Source of the DNA: an uncultured archaeon
GTDB taxonomy: Archaea; Asgardarchaeota; Lokiarchaeia; Sigyniarchaeales; SOKP01
Direction of reading: 5' to 3'
Length of the DNA: 41,970 nt
Assembly (NCBI GenBank): GCA_964583985.1
Contig: CAZOYD010000027.1
Location: 1 to 41,970 of the forward strand
Each line of letters opens with the position of its first letter. Position 1 is the first letter of the stretch. Below, piece after piece: positions 28,879 to 37,056 of the stretch. Both the position numbers and the translations under genes were made by a program. A model generated the notes under the pieces. It was not told where the DNA came from. It saw only the letters and a program-made list of their open reading frames with translations, and ran no database searches.

Positions 28879-29157
28879 TTGCCAAGACCAGCTTTAAGAT
28901 CAAAATCTCAAAAACGAAAAAAATTAAAAACTCCTGGACATCAAAATGTTATTCATTATTGGAGAAAAAAACCATCTAAAGCTCAATGTTCATTATGCAA
29001 GAAACCACTTCAATCTATACCACGAGTACGACAAACAAAAATGAAAAAAATCGATAAAACGGCTAGATCAGTCAATAGATTAGAAAGTGGGAGATATTGT
29101 CCGAAATGTTTGCAAAAACAGATTAAGGAATCGGTTTGGCAAGCTCCTGATTTATAA
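28879..29157 (+). CDS. rpl34e: 50S ribosomal protein L34e
   Basis: KTPG...KKPSKAQCSLCKKPL...YCPKC. Confidence 0.95.
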   Translation: MPRPALRSKSQKRKKLKTPGHQNVIHYWRKKPSKAQCSLCKKPLQSIPRVRQTKMKKIDKTARSVNRLESGRYCPKCLQKQIKESVWQAPDL

Positions 29158-29219
29158 AAAATTTGCCAAAATTAACTAATATTAAATTTATCTGCTCATA
29201 TCAGCTTGAGTAATAAAAA

Positions 29220-29750
29220 ATGATTGTTACAATTTCAGGACTCCATGGAACTGGAAAATCTACTGTGGGAAAATTAGTTGCAACAGCATTAGGTTTAAAG
29301 TATTACTCTACCGGTCAAGCATTTCGAGATCTTGCGAATGAAATGAAGATGAACATTCAAGAGTTTACACGTTATGTTGAAGAACATCCAGATATTGATA
29401 AAAAATTAGATGAAAAAATTATCGAAATTGCAAAAAAAAATAACATCCTAATTGATAGTCAATTAAGTGGGCACATTCTCAGAAACGTTGCCAACTTTAA
29501 AATTCATCTAATTTGCCCTCTGGAAACAAGAGTTAAGCGAATGGCTGATAGAGATCAATCATCTTATGAATTAAAAATGAAAGAAACCCTAATTAGGGAA
29601 TCATCCGAATTAGAGCGTTTCAAAAAATTGTACGCTATTAATTTAGATGATCCTAAAGAAATAAGGGAGCTTCATGATTTGGTGATAGACACTGAAAGAC
29701 TTTCAATTGACGAGATTGTAAAAATAATATTATCCAAAATAACGAACTAA
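29220..29750 (+). CDS. cmk: Cytidylate kinase (archaeal type)
   Basis: ITISGLHGTGKST-type P-loop, STGQAFRDLA, DIDKKLD; located between rpl34e and rpl14e. Confidence 0.92.
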   Translation: MIVTISGLHGTGKSTVGKLVATALGLKYYSTGQAFRDLANEMKMNIQEFTRYVEEHPDIDKKLDEKIIEIAKKNNILIDSQLSGHILRNVANFKIHLICPLETRVKRMADRDQSSYELKMKETLIRESSELERFKKLYAINLDDPKEIRELHDLVIDTERLSIDEIVKIILSKITN

Positions 29751-29888
29751 AATTTCTTTTTATGATGAAAAGCATAAAAAATATAATTTTAAAATTATTT
29801 CATAATTTACTTTAAGTTGTTTATTATAACTGAAAAAGATTTTAATTCTCAGTAATAATAGACGTAAGAAGTAATTTGGTGACAAATT

Positions 29889-30161
29889 ATGAGCGTGTAC
29901 GATATAGGAAGAGTATGTGTTAAAACAATGGGAAGAGAAGCAGGTAATTACTGTGTAATTGTCGACATCATCGATAAAAACTATGTTATCATTGATGGTT
30001 TAAAAGTAAGAAGAAGACGGGCTAACTTTAATCATTTAGAACCTACTGCAGATATGGTAGAAATTAAAAAAGGATCTGACCATAAAACTGTCGAAGCTGC
30101 TATTAAAAAAGCAAAATTGGATAAAAAAATGAAGGAAACATTCTCAATCCCAATAAAGTAA
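29889..30161 (+). CDS. rpl14e: 50S ribosomal protein L14e
   Basis: IGRVCVKTMGREAGNYCVIVDIIDKNYVIIDG...RRRANFNHLEPT. Confidence 0.96.
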   Translation: MSVYDIGRVCVKTMGREAGNYCVIVDIIDKNYVIIDGLKVRRRRANFNHLEPTADMVEIKKGSDHKTVEAAIKKAKLDKKMKETFSIPIK

Positions 30162-30233
30162 TTAATCCGTAATTTTATGGATTCCATTTTTTTTTGCAAC
30201 GGTAGCCTAGCCTGGTAAGACGCTGGATTGGAA

Positions 30234-30262
30234 TCTTTGGAATAAACTCCAGATAACCATAC
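30234..30262 (+). other. tRNA-Ser anticodon-loop intron (37/38), 29 nt, relaxed BHB
   Basis: UGG/CCA central pairing, 3' bulge ACA, internal UGGA/UCCA stem; removal restores a 7-nt loop. Confidence 0.8.
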
Positions 30263-30294
30263 ATCCAGTGTGAGTGATCACTCGGGGGTTCGAA

Positions 30295-30327
30295 GGAACT
30301 TAAATAATAAAGTTAAGTTGACGAAAA
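30295..30327 (+). other. tRNA-Ser T-loop intron (59/60), 33 nt
   Basis: Helix UUCG/CGAA, bulges AAG and AAU, stem AACUUAA/UUAAGUU; removal restores TTCGAAT. Confidence 0.9.
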
Positions 30328-30422
30328 TCCCTCCCGTTGCGTTTATGTTTATAATTCTGATAAAATATAAGGCAAAATCTTTAAAATTTTGAATTACTAT
30401 CATTAATCAAAATTAATGATAA

Positions 30423-30794
30423 TTGAAAATTATGAAGAAAGTTATTGGAATTCCATCTGATGGACCAAATTTAAATGATAGTATCTCCGATCATTTTGGG
30501 CATTGCAATTTTTTTGTAGGAATTAAAATTAATGAAGATAATTCCTTTCAGAAGTTATTTGAGATTAAGAATAACGGTCATAGTGCATGCATGGAGCCTG
30601 TAATGAATTTGAAAGAGAAAGCGGTTACTGATATGATAGTAGGTGGCATCGGTGGTAGACCATATATGGGGTTTTTACAATTAAGTATACCAATGAATCA
30701 AGGTATTCCTGGAAAAAGTATTCAAGAAAACGTTGAATTATATCTTAAAGGACAATTAACAGAACTAAAAGGCTCAAGTTGTTCAGGTCATTAA
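30423..30794 (+). CDS. NifB/NifX-family (dinitrogenase FeMo-cofactor-binding domain, COG1433-like) protein
   Basis: ISDHFGHCNFF, MIVGGIGGR, C-terminal C..H. Confidence 0.88.
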   Translation: MKIMKKVIGIPSDGPNLNDSISDHFGHCNFFVGIKINEDNSFQKLFEIKNNGHSACMEPVMNLKEKAVTDMIVGGIGGRPYMGFLQLSIPMNQGIPGKSIQENVELYLKGQLTELKGSSCSGH

Positions 30795-30836
30795 ATCCGA
30801 CTTATTGAAGGAATAAAATTTATTTTTAAGGTTTTA

Positions 30837-31508
30837 TTAAACATCGGGAAATTCTAAAGCTTTTGTTTTGGATCCACCCATCATTTGATCCATTCCACCA
30901 GATACTTGTGTTTGTATTCCAGCAAATCTCTGAACCAATGTATTTATTCCGAAGCTGCATAGAAAATACCACCCAGTGAAATTTATCCAACCATATGTAA
31001 ATGGAATAACTCTCGTTGTCCCATAAACTAATTCCGTCCATGGATAAGCTGTATTAGTGAATGCAGCAAGCATTTGACCAATAAGAGGTACATCATTTGC
31101 ATTCATGGGGGATAAAGCGACGGGGTTATTCATGAAAATGCCGCGTACTATCGTGAAGATAACGATCATGGGAAGGAACGTTATGCATGACGGTTTCAAT
31201 CTCTGTAAAGACATGCGTTGCTTCGCTTGTTTAAACATTTCATCCTTCCTTTCCCACCTTTTACGCAATTTTCTATATTTCTCAGGATCGATATCAGCAA
31301 TCTCAATAATTTTTGCCTTTTCTTCATCATGTGCTTTTTGCGCTACTTGTTTTCTTTGAAGTTCATCCACGTCAGTAAGCCATTTAGAAAGTCCAGTACT
31401 AATCAATGCGGTAACAATTGACAATAATAAGACAAAAATCATCGAACCTGGCGGATAGCTCATCCACTCTAAAAAGGGGTTTGATTCTTGTATAAGAGCA
31501 AGCAACAT
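30837..31508 (-). CDS. DUF106 / EMC3-TMCO1 (Oxa1 superfamily) membrane insertase
   Basis: TM, coiled coil, KPSCITFLPMIVIF TM, GWYFLCSF TM; downstream of secY. Confidence 0.88.
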   Translation of the reverse strand: MLLALIQESNPFLEWMSYPPGSMIFVLLLSIVTALISTGLSKWLTDVDELQRKQVAQKAHDEEKAKIIEIADIDPEKYRKLRKRWERKDEMFKQAKQRMSLQRLKPSCITFLPMIVIFTIVRGIFMNNPVALSPMNANDVPLIGQMLAAFTNTAYPWTELVYGTTRVIPFTYGWINFTGWYFLCSFGINTLVQRFAGIQTQVSGGMDQMMGGSKTKALEFPDV

Positions 31509-31587
31509 GATTAAGATAAAATAAGATGATATATGTTTTAAATTTTTCAGATTACACTGGTTTTTTCATCTGTTTTTTAAAAATTAA

Positions 31588-33045
31588 TTAATCCAATCCC
31601 AACATCGCACGCATCCCAGGATATTGTGCTGCTGCCATCTCTTTCGCGATAGACTCGCTGTATTGATGGATAATCCCTATAGCGATGAGTAGCCCCGTAC
31701 CTGAAGTCAAGGCACCTAAACTGTCTGCGAAAAAGCTCATAGTCGCTATGATGAGACCATTTAGTATTATAAGCGTTGGGATGTACCTCTTTAAAATCCT
31801 CTCGATAATCCGTTCTGATGATCTAAAACCCGGAACTTGCATTCCTGAGTCGAGAATCTGCTGTGCGATATCACGTGGTGCAAGTCCTGAGACTTCAACC
31901 CAGAGACGGCCGAGCATTATGCATAAGAATATGAATATTATGAGATATATCCCAGCTCTTACAGGGTTTTGTATGAGATCACCTAATCCTCGAGGAGGCG
32001 TGAGAAAAAATAATATTCCATAATTTGGAACGAGATAATTTCCTTGAGCTCCTGCCGATACGGGTGCATCAAATCTACCAATTAGATCTAGCCAAAATGT
32101 GAGTTCGGGAATGCTACGCAAAGCTGAATCTGGTCCCGCTAGCAATTGGCCGAAGAATAAAAAATTGGCATAGAGTGCGTTAACCAATATGACGGGAATA
32201 TTAGAAACATATAATAGCTTCATGGGATACTTTCCTTTAAATCCTCTATGTCCACTATAAGCTAGAGGAATTTCAACGCGAGTGGATTCAAACCAAATGA
32301 CAATAGCAAAAATTACTAATGTAGTGATCCCTCCAATGATAGACGGTGCGTTATTTTGATAAATAAGATCTGCAGTATTAATAGCTGGATCTGTAAATGA
32401 TTGAATGAATGCTATTAATATTCCGCGAGCAGTACCAGTTGGACTTACGAAGCTAAATGTATTCCAAAAGATCTGACCAGCAACACCCGCAGCTATGAAT
32501 AATGAAACTCCACTCCCCAAACCCCAACCTTTTTGAAGAAGTTCATCTAATAGTAGGATCACAAGTCCCGCAAAAACCAGCTGAAGAAAAACGATTACAG
32601 CTCCATTGATTCCTAATGTCGCTACATTACCGAAGGCTCCTCCAATGATATAAGCAACACTATTAAATACTGTTAACATCATCGCCATGACTTTCTGAGA
32701 GCCACTAAACATGGCTCTATCATAAGGATCTTTCATATCCACCTTAATAATTTTAGAACCCAATAATAATTGCATTATAAGACCTGCGGTCACAATAGGA
32801 CCAATCCCCAATTCAGTAAGAGTCCCTCTATTGCTTGCGAGGATTACACGGAGCCAATAATAATAATCTGTCGTTTCAGCAATATTTACTCCATAAAGTG
32901 GAATGTTTGATAAAACAATATAAATTACTAATACCACAGCAGTCCAAATAAATTTCTCTTTAAAAGATACTTCCCTTTGTGGTTGTTTGATTTCAGGTAA
33001 AACCCGAACAAAAGGGCTGAAGAATTTTAGGAATTTTCCAGTCAT
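31588..33045 (-). CDS. secY: Preprotein translocase SecY/Sec61-alpha
   Basis: GTLTELGIGPIVTAGLIMQLL, LLDELLQKGWGLGSGVSLFIA, YPMKLLYVSNIPVIL, SGTGLLI. Confidence 0.98.
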   Translation of the reverse strand: MTGKFLKFFSPFVRVLPEIKQPQREVSFKEKFIWTAVVLVIYIVLSNIPLYGVNIAETTDYYYWLRVILASNRGTLTELGIGPIVTAGLIMQLLLGSKIIKVDMKDPYDRAMFSGSQKVMAMMLTVFNSVAYIIGGAFGNVATLGINGAVIVFLQLVFAGLVILLLDELLQKGWGLGSGVSLFIAAGVAGQIFWNTFSFVSPTGTARGILIAFIQSFTDPAINTADLIYQNNAPSIIGGITTLVIFAIVIWFESTRVEIPLAYSGHRGFKGKYPMKLLYVSNIPVILVNALYANFLFFGQLLAGPDSALRSIPELTFWLDLIGRFDAPVSAGAQGNYLVPNYGILFFLTPPRGLGDLIQNPVRAGIYLIIFIFLCIMLGRLWVEVSGLAPRDIAQQILDSGMQVPGFRSSERIIERILKRYIPTLIILNGLIIATMSFFADSLGALTSGTGLLIAIGIIHQYSESIAKEMAAAQYPGMRAMLGLD

Positions 33046-33283
33046 AATTAATCCGATTTTGTATAATTTTATGCTACTTGTCAGATATATATCTTTTAAA
33101 AAACTAAAATTAAAAAAAAACTTTGGTATTTAACATTTTTTGATTCGAAATTTATTGAATTATGGGGGGTTTAATTGGTGGAAAACTCTAAAAAAATAAA
33201 AAAAATAAAAAAAAATCCTTTTAAATAATTCATGTAAAGAAGTGTTTTTCTCAGAAGAGAGGCGTCATACCCCTTTTGTTTGT

Positions 33284-33583
33284 TTAAAACAAACTCCCTA
33301 TTCCTGTAGGTTCTTCTTCCTCTTCCTCTTCCTCTTCTTTTTTAACTTCCTTAACTTCCGCTGTAGCGGGTGCAGCACCACCAACAGGAGCTGCCATTAT
33401 AGGAGCTGCAGCAGCAGAACTAATAATATCATCAATATTTGCTTCTTTTAGCCCAGCAACGAGCTTAGTAATCTGAGAATTATCGATATCTGCTCCAGCA
33501 GCTTTTAGTACTTTTTCAATGGCACTATCCGTGATACTTTTACCTGCTTTATGTAGAAGCAAGGCGGCGTATATACTTTCCAT
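33284..33583 (-). CDS. rpl12: Ribosomal stalk protein P1 (archaeal L12)
   Basis: MESIYAALLLHKAGK...Ala-rich hinge, acidic tail, GIGSLF. Confidence 0.97.
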   Translation of the reverse strand: MESIYAALLLHKAGKSITDSAIEKVLKAAGADIDNSQITKLVAGLKEANIDDIISSAAAAPIMAAPVGGAAPATAEVKEVKKEEEEEEEEEPTGIGSLF

Positions 33584-33654
33584 TTTACAAACCTCTTATC
33601 TCTTTATTATATTATAAATATTAATCGATTATTTTATCAAAAAAATTATTATTT

Positions 33655-34626
33655 TTAACCAAAAAGGCCTCCTATCCCAACTTCTTCATCTTCTTCCTCC
33701 TCCTCTTCTTTATCTTTAGAAGGTTTGGAAGAACTTTCACTCGAAGGAGTTGGAAGACCTTCACCCAAAAGCATCACGTTCAAAATCGTGGCATTTGAAA
33801 CGGCTTTTCGGATATATTCATCTCTCATGTCTTCAATGTAAACGGGTGATTCAAATAAGATTCCAAGCGCTTGTCTATAAGCTTTTTGAATCATTGGCTT
33901 GAGAGTTTCTTCATCTATAACGCCAAGTTCAAGAGCTAAATGTTGAGCTGTTAAATAGGCGGATGCAATCTCCTGCTTGAATGCCTCGAAATTCATGTAT
34001 ATCACGTCAGCTGAGTAGATTTCTCCATCACTCCACGCATAATGAATTTTAACGACGGATTCTATAGGTGCCACACCCAACTTCTTCAAAACTGCTGCTT
34101 GCTTTACATTAACGAAATCTCCCGCTTTATGAGTTCGTGTGGCTTCACGTATCCAAATTGTATCATTTTGAATTTGTGTTGGTAATCGCAATGTCATGTT
34201 CAGTTCACTAATAACTTGCCCAGTAGGTAAACCTGTATCTCCAGCAGGAACCCAAATATCAACCGGAGTTATATCATCCGGCTTAGCTGGAATCATCCAT
34301 AAATTATCAATCAAGATCTTCTTTAGTTCAAACACATCCATGTCTGTAAAGCATAGAGCTGCTTGTCCGGGAATATTATTAGCAAGTTCATCTAAATTTT
34401 CCTTTTTTGATTCATTTTTAAACCGTTCAATCGCTCTAATCTGTAAATTTTTCTTTGACATTTTAATGATAGCCTTTCCACGTATCAATTTTCGAATGTC
34501 TTGAACTTGCTTGTCATTCAAGTTGCCCACTTTTAATACCATTATGTTTTTGTACTTGTTGAATAGTTCTATCAAGGAATCAACTTCATCTAATTTCCAT
34601 TGTGGAATATGCTTATTTCCAATCAT
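33655..34626 (-). CDS. rpl10: Ribosomal protein uL10 (P0)
   Basis: IPQWKLDEV, MSKKNL, VPAGDTGLPTG, acidic tail ending GIGGLFG. Confidence 0.97.
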   Translation of the reverse strand: MIGNKHIPQWKLDEVDSLIELFNKYKNIMVLKVGNLNDKQVQDIRKLIRGKAIIKMSKKNLQIRAIERFKNESKKENLDELANNIPGQAALCFTDMDVFELKKILIDNLWMIPAKPDDITPVDIWVPAGDTGLPTGQVISELNMTLRLPTQIQNDTIWIREATRTHKAGDFVNVKQAAVLKKLGVAPIESVVKIHYAWSDGEIYSADVIYMNFEAFKQEIASAYLTAQHLALELGVIDEETLKPMIQKAYRQALGILFESPVYIEDMRDEYIRKAVSNATILNVMLLGEGLPTPSSESSSKPSKDKEEEEEEDEEVGIGGLFG

Positions 34627-34630
34627 TTTA

Positions 34631-35359
34631 TCACACCTTTACTCCTTTTAAGAATTGTTCGTCAATTTTTACTGGGCGTCCCATCGTAGTTTTTAGGTAC
34701 ATGGATTTGATATTGTTAAATTTGTGTGGCATTTGATCTGCAATGTAATTAACAACCGTCTTAAGATTCTCAAATATTTTCTCTTGTTCCATTGATTTCT
34801 TTCCAATTTTAACTTGAACCGTAGGTTGTTTTTTTAGCTGAATCCGAATGACTTTTAAATAGCGTTCAATCGTTAATTTAAGGTCTTCTGGGGTTGAAAT
34901 GATCCCGTATCCACTCGGAAATGGTTTTGGCATTTTTCCTAAAGGTCCTAAAAATCGAGCTAAATATCGTGCGACATTTGGCATCATTGTATCCTCAACA
35001 ATGAAAAAATCATATTTTTTCACAAATCGTTTCTTTTCTTTCTTTTCTTCACTGTTCAATTTAACTAATCCATCAATATCGATTGTATCTAAACCTAAAT
35101 TCTTCGCTTCCATTAAAATTTCATCAGAAGCAATAACGCATACATTTGGTTTATCTAATAAGAGAATATCATATGGAAGGATAATTTCCTTATCAATTCT
35201 TTGTTTTGGATCACTTAAGTTAATGTCCTTGAGATTCATTACAAAATCAATCGTCTCGTCAAATTTCCGATTTTTTTCTTTAAATCCATCTTTTTTAAAT
35301 GTTGAAAACTGAATAGCCGCATTTATTGATTTCTTCAGTAATTTATCATCTACTTTCAT
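34631..35359 (-). CDS. rpl1: Ribosomal protein uL1
   Basis: RKFDETIDF, LGPLGKMPKP, YLKTTMGRP. Confidence 0.97.
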   Translation of the reverse strand: MKVDDKLLKKSINAAIQFSTFKKDGFKEKNRKFDETIDFVMNLKDINLSDPKQRIDKEIILPYDILLLDKPNVCVIASDEILMEAKNLGLDTIDIDGLVKLNSEEKKEKKRFVKKYDFFIVEDTMMPNVARYLARFLGPLGKMPKPFPSGYGIISTPEDLKLTIERYLKVIRIQLKKQPTVQVKIGKKSMEQEKIFENLKTVVNYIADQMPHKFNNIKSMYLKTTMGRPVKIDEQFLKGVKV

Positions 35360-35362
35360 TGT

Positions 35363-35954
35363 TTACATCTCCCCCGTAATTCTATCATCATAATCTCCAT
35401 TTTCTATGCGTTGTTGAATCTTTCGAGGATCTTCCCCCTCTACTGTAACCCCTATTGATAAAGCAGTTCCTAACACTGATTTAATAGCTGCTTTATATGT
35501 TCGTTCTAAAAAAATCTCTTTTTTTGCTTCTACGACATTAATGATTTGATCAAGATTAATATCTCCAATCTTGCTATCTGAGCAAGAAGCACTCCCCTTT
35601 TGAGCTCCAATCTCCTTTAATAGTAATGATGCTGTCGAAGGAGTCTCTATGAAAATTTCAAATTTTTTAGTCTCAGGATCACATACAATTTTAACTGGTA
35701 CAGTTAACCCCTTGAATATCATTGTCTTTTCATTGACTGTGTCGACCACATCCTTAATATATGCACCTAAATCCGAAATGATATTAGATTATGCCAGTTG
35801 GGCCGACGGCAGGACCTTTACCTTTTATTGTTAAAACGATTTGTTTTAGGAAATAGGCGGCCCGCCTGATGCTTTTGGGGTTTTAATCGAGTAGATTAAT
35901 AACGTTCCCACCAGTCACGAGGGCCTTAATGGTTATTTTTCCTTTTTCACTCAC
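35363..35954 (-). CDS. rpl11: Ribosomal protein uL11, spliced from four exons: 35954-35905, 35873-35853, 35817-35789, 35760-35363 (165 aa)
   Basis: GTG start at 35954 with GGTGA RBS. Joined exons read [46 protein letters not shown]..., in frame with the ORF-track C-terminus (GLTVPVKI, TPSTASLL, VLGTALSIGVTVEG); first gene of L11-L1-L10-L12. Confidence 0.9.
35761..35788 (-). other. rpl11 intron 3 (28 nt), BHB-type
   Basis: TCTAATATCATTTCGGATTTAGGTGCAT; helix GCAU/GUGC, bulges AAU and AUA, intron helices CUAA/UUAG and AUC/GAU. Confidence 0.85.
35818..35852 (-). other. rpl11 intron 2 (35 nt), BHB-type
   Basis: TTCCTAAAACAAATCGTTTTAACAATAAAAGGTAA; helix GCCU/AGGU, bulges AUU and AAA, exon-exon helix GGGCC/GGUCC, internal stem UAAAAC/GUUUUA. 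Confidence 0.85.
35874..35904 (-). other. rpl11 intron 1 (31 nt), BHB-type
   Basis: CGTTATTAATCTACTCGATTAAAACCCCAAA; helix UGGG/CCCA, bulges AAC and AAA, intron helices GUU/AAC and UUAAUC/GAUUAA; exon-exon helix imperfect. Confidence 0.85.
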
Positions 35955-36006
35955 ATATTCTCACCGTATTCTTTTTATTATATAGATTTATTATCAAAAT
36001 ATATCT

Positions 36007-36102
36007 TTAAGGTTAAGAACGCGAATTTACTGTCTACTAGACGATTCATTTTCGATATCTATTATATATCGAAACCGCATCAACTTGCGTCCTAAGCCTT
36101 AA
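36007..36102. ncRNA. Candidate structured RNA upstream of the rpl11 operon
   Basis: Read on the minus strand: nested pairings TTAAGG/CCTTAA and AGGACGC/GCGTTCT enclosing TTTCGATAT/ATATCGAAA and GTCT/AGAC hairpins. Confidence 0.45.
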
Positions 36103-36182
36103 GAATAAAATTTTGAACTTAGTGAATAAAAAAATGAATAAGAATTAAAATATTTTTTGAATTTTGAAATAAATTCGTAATT

Positions 36183-36389
36183 TTAAAATCGGCAACACAA
36201 ACGACGACCAAAATCTAAGTTATATTTCATGTATTCATCAGACAAAATTTTCATGACGGTTTCATTATCCAGATTTGAATGGAATTTTTGGTTGATTTGG
36301 GTTGGAATATCATCAACTTCAATTCCGGGTATTGAAATTAATCGAAAGATTTCCTGTTTCATTTCTTCAGAAATAGGATTTATCATCAT
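36183..36389 (-). CDS. Small hypothetical protein ending GRRLCCRF
   Basis: 68-aa ORF co-oriented with its neighbours, helical composition. Confidence 0.6.
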   Translation of the reverse strand: MMINPISEEMKQEIFRLISIPGIEVDDIPTQINQKFHSNLDNETVMKILSDEYMKYNLDFGRRLCCRF

Positions 36390-36475
36390 GATTATATATC
36401 TACTCTAATAGAAATATCTTTCACTTATTATTTATATCCTTATATCACTACTAATTTAAAAGTACATTAAGAGGC

Positions 36476-36919
36476 TTAATAAAAGGGTTTGAAGTCTCTC
36501 CGCTTCCCTATTGTATACCCAATGAATCCCCCTAAGCCAAAGCATAATAATGTAGTCCCTACACTGAAAAGGATCTGATAGATATGCTCTGAATCTCTTA
36601 ATGGGGCCCAAGGAGCCCCCTGAAAAATGTATGCAATTCCAAACTCTATTATCCCTCCGAATAATGCCGCTCCAGTTATAATAAAAACATATTTATAAAA
36701 AGTTCTGCTATCTAATTTTCTAATGTAGAAGATGCTGATTAAAAATACCGGGATTCCTATAGTAGTTAGGACTATGCCTATTAAAGGTATGATCCCCATG
36801 CTATAACCTATCCAACCGATCAGCGTTGTGCTTATATAAACACCAATCGCTATCCATAACCATTTCTCTACAATTGATTTTCCAAAAGCTCTTTTCTTTT
36901 TTTTCTCTCTCATGGACAC
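36476..36919 (-). CDS. 4-TM hypothetical membrane protein
   Basis: Four hydrophobic segments; APWAPLR motif shared with the next gene. Confidence 0.7.
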   Translation of the reverse strand: MSMREKKKKRAFGKSIVEKWLWIAIGVYISTTLIGWIGYSMGIIPLIGIVLTTIGIPVFLISIFYIRKLDSRTFYKYVFIITGAALFGGIIEFGIAYIFQGAPWAPLRDSEHIYQILFSVGTTLLCFGLGGFIGYTIGKRRDFKPFY

Positions 36920-37056
36920 CTATTTATCATCTCATAAAATACAATACATCCATATCCAGCGCTCCACGCTTCTAAATTAAGTAAGATAAAAGAGGAAGAG
37001 GATGGTAACTTCCTCTCCTTATTTAACTATAAAAAAGTTTTTTGATTTAAGATTAG

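Larger units (their letters stand above)
30196..30341 (+). tRNA. tRNA-Ser (anticodon GGA) with two introns
   Basis: Acceptor GCAACGG/CCGTTGC, G73, long variable arm GTGA-GTGA-TCAC, anticodon stem CTGGA/TCCAG with GGA at 30230-30232; introns 30234-30262 and 30295-30327. Confidence 0.9.

Noticed and set aside
33254-33277. Small hairpin containing ATGA downstream of rpl12 (minus strand) as a possible SECIS
   Set aside because: Too short, lacks the two-helix kink-turn layout, and there is no upstream in-frame UGA gene
35649-35834. 61-aa plus-strand ORF
   Set aside because: Antisense to rpl11 exons and introns; shadow ORF
35363-35954. rpl11 as a frameshifted pseudogene, or as a 128-aa protein starting at 35749
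   Set aside because: The interruptions are discrete hairpin insertions with BHB geometry, and removing them restores the conserved N-terminal motif exactly. Random decay would not do this three times.
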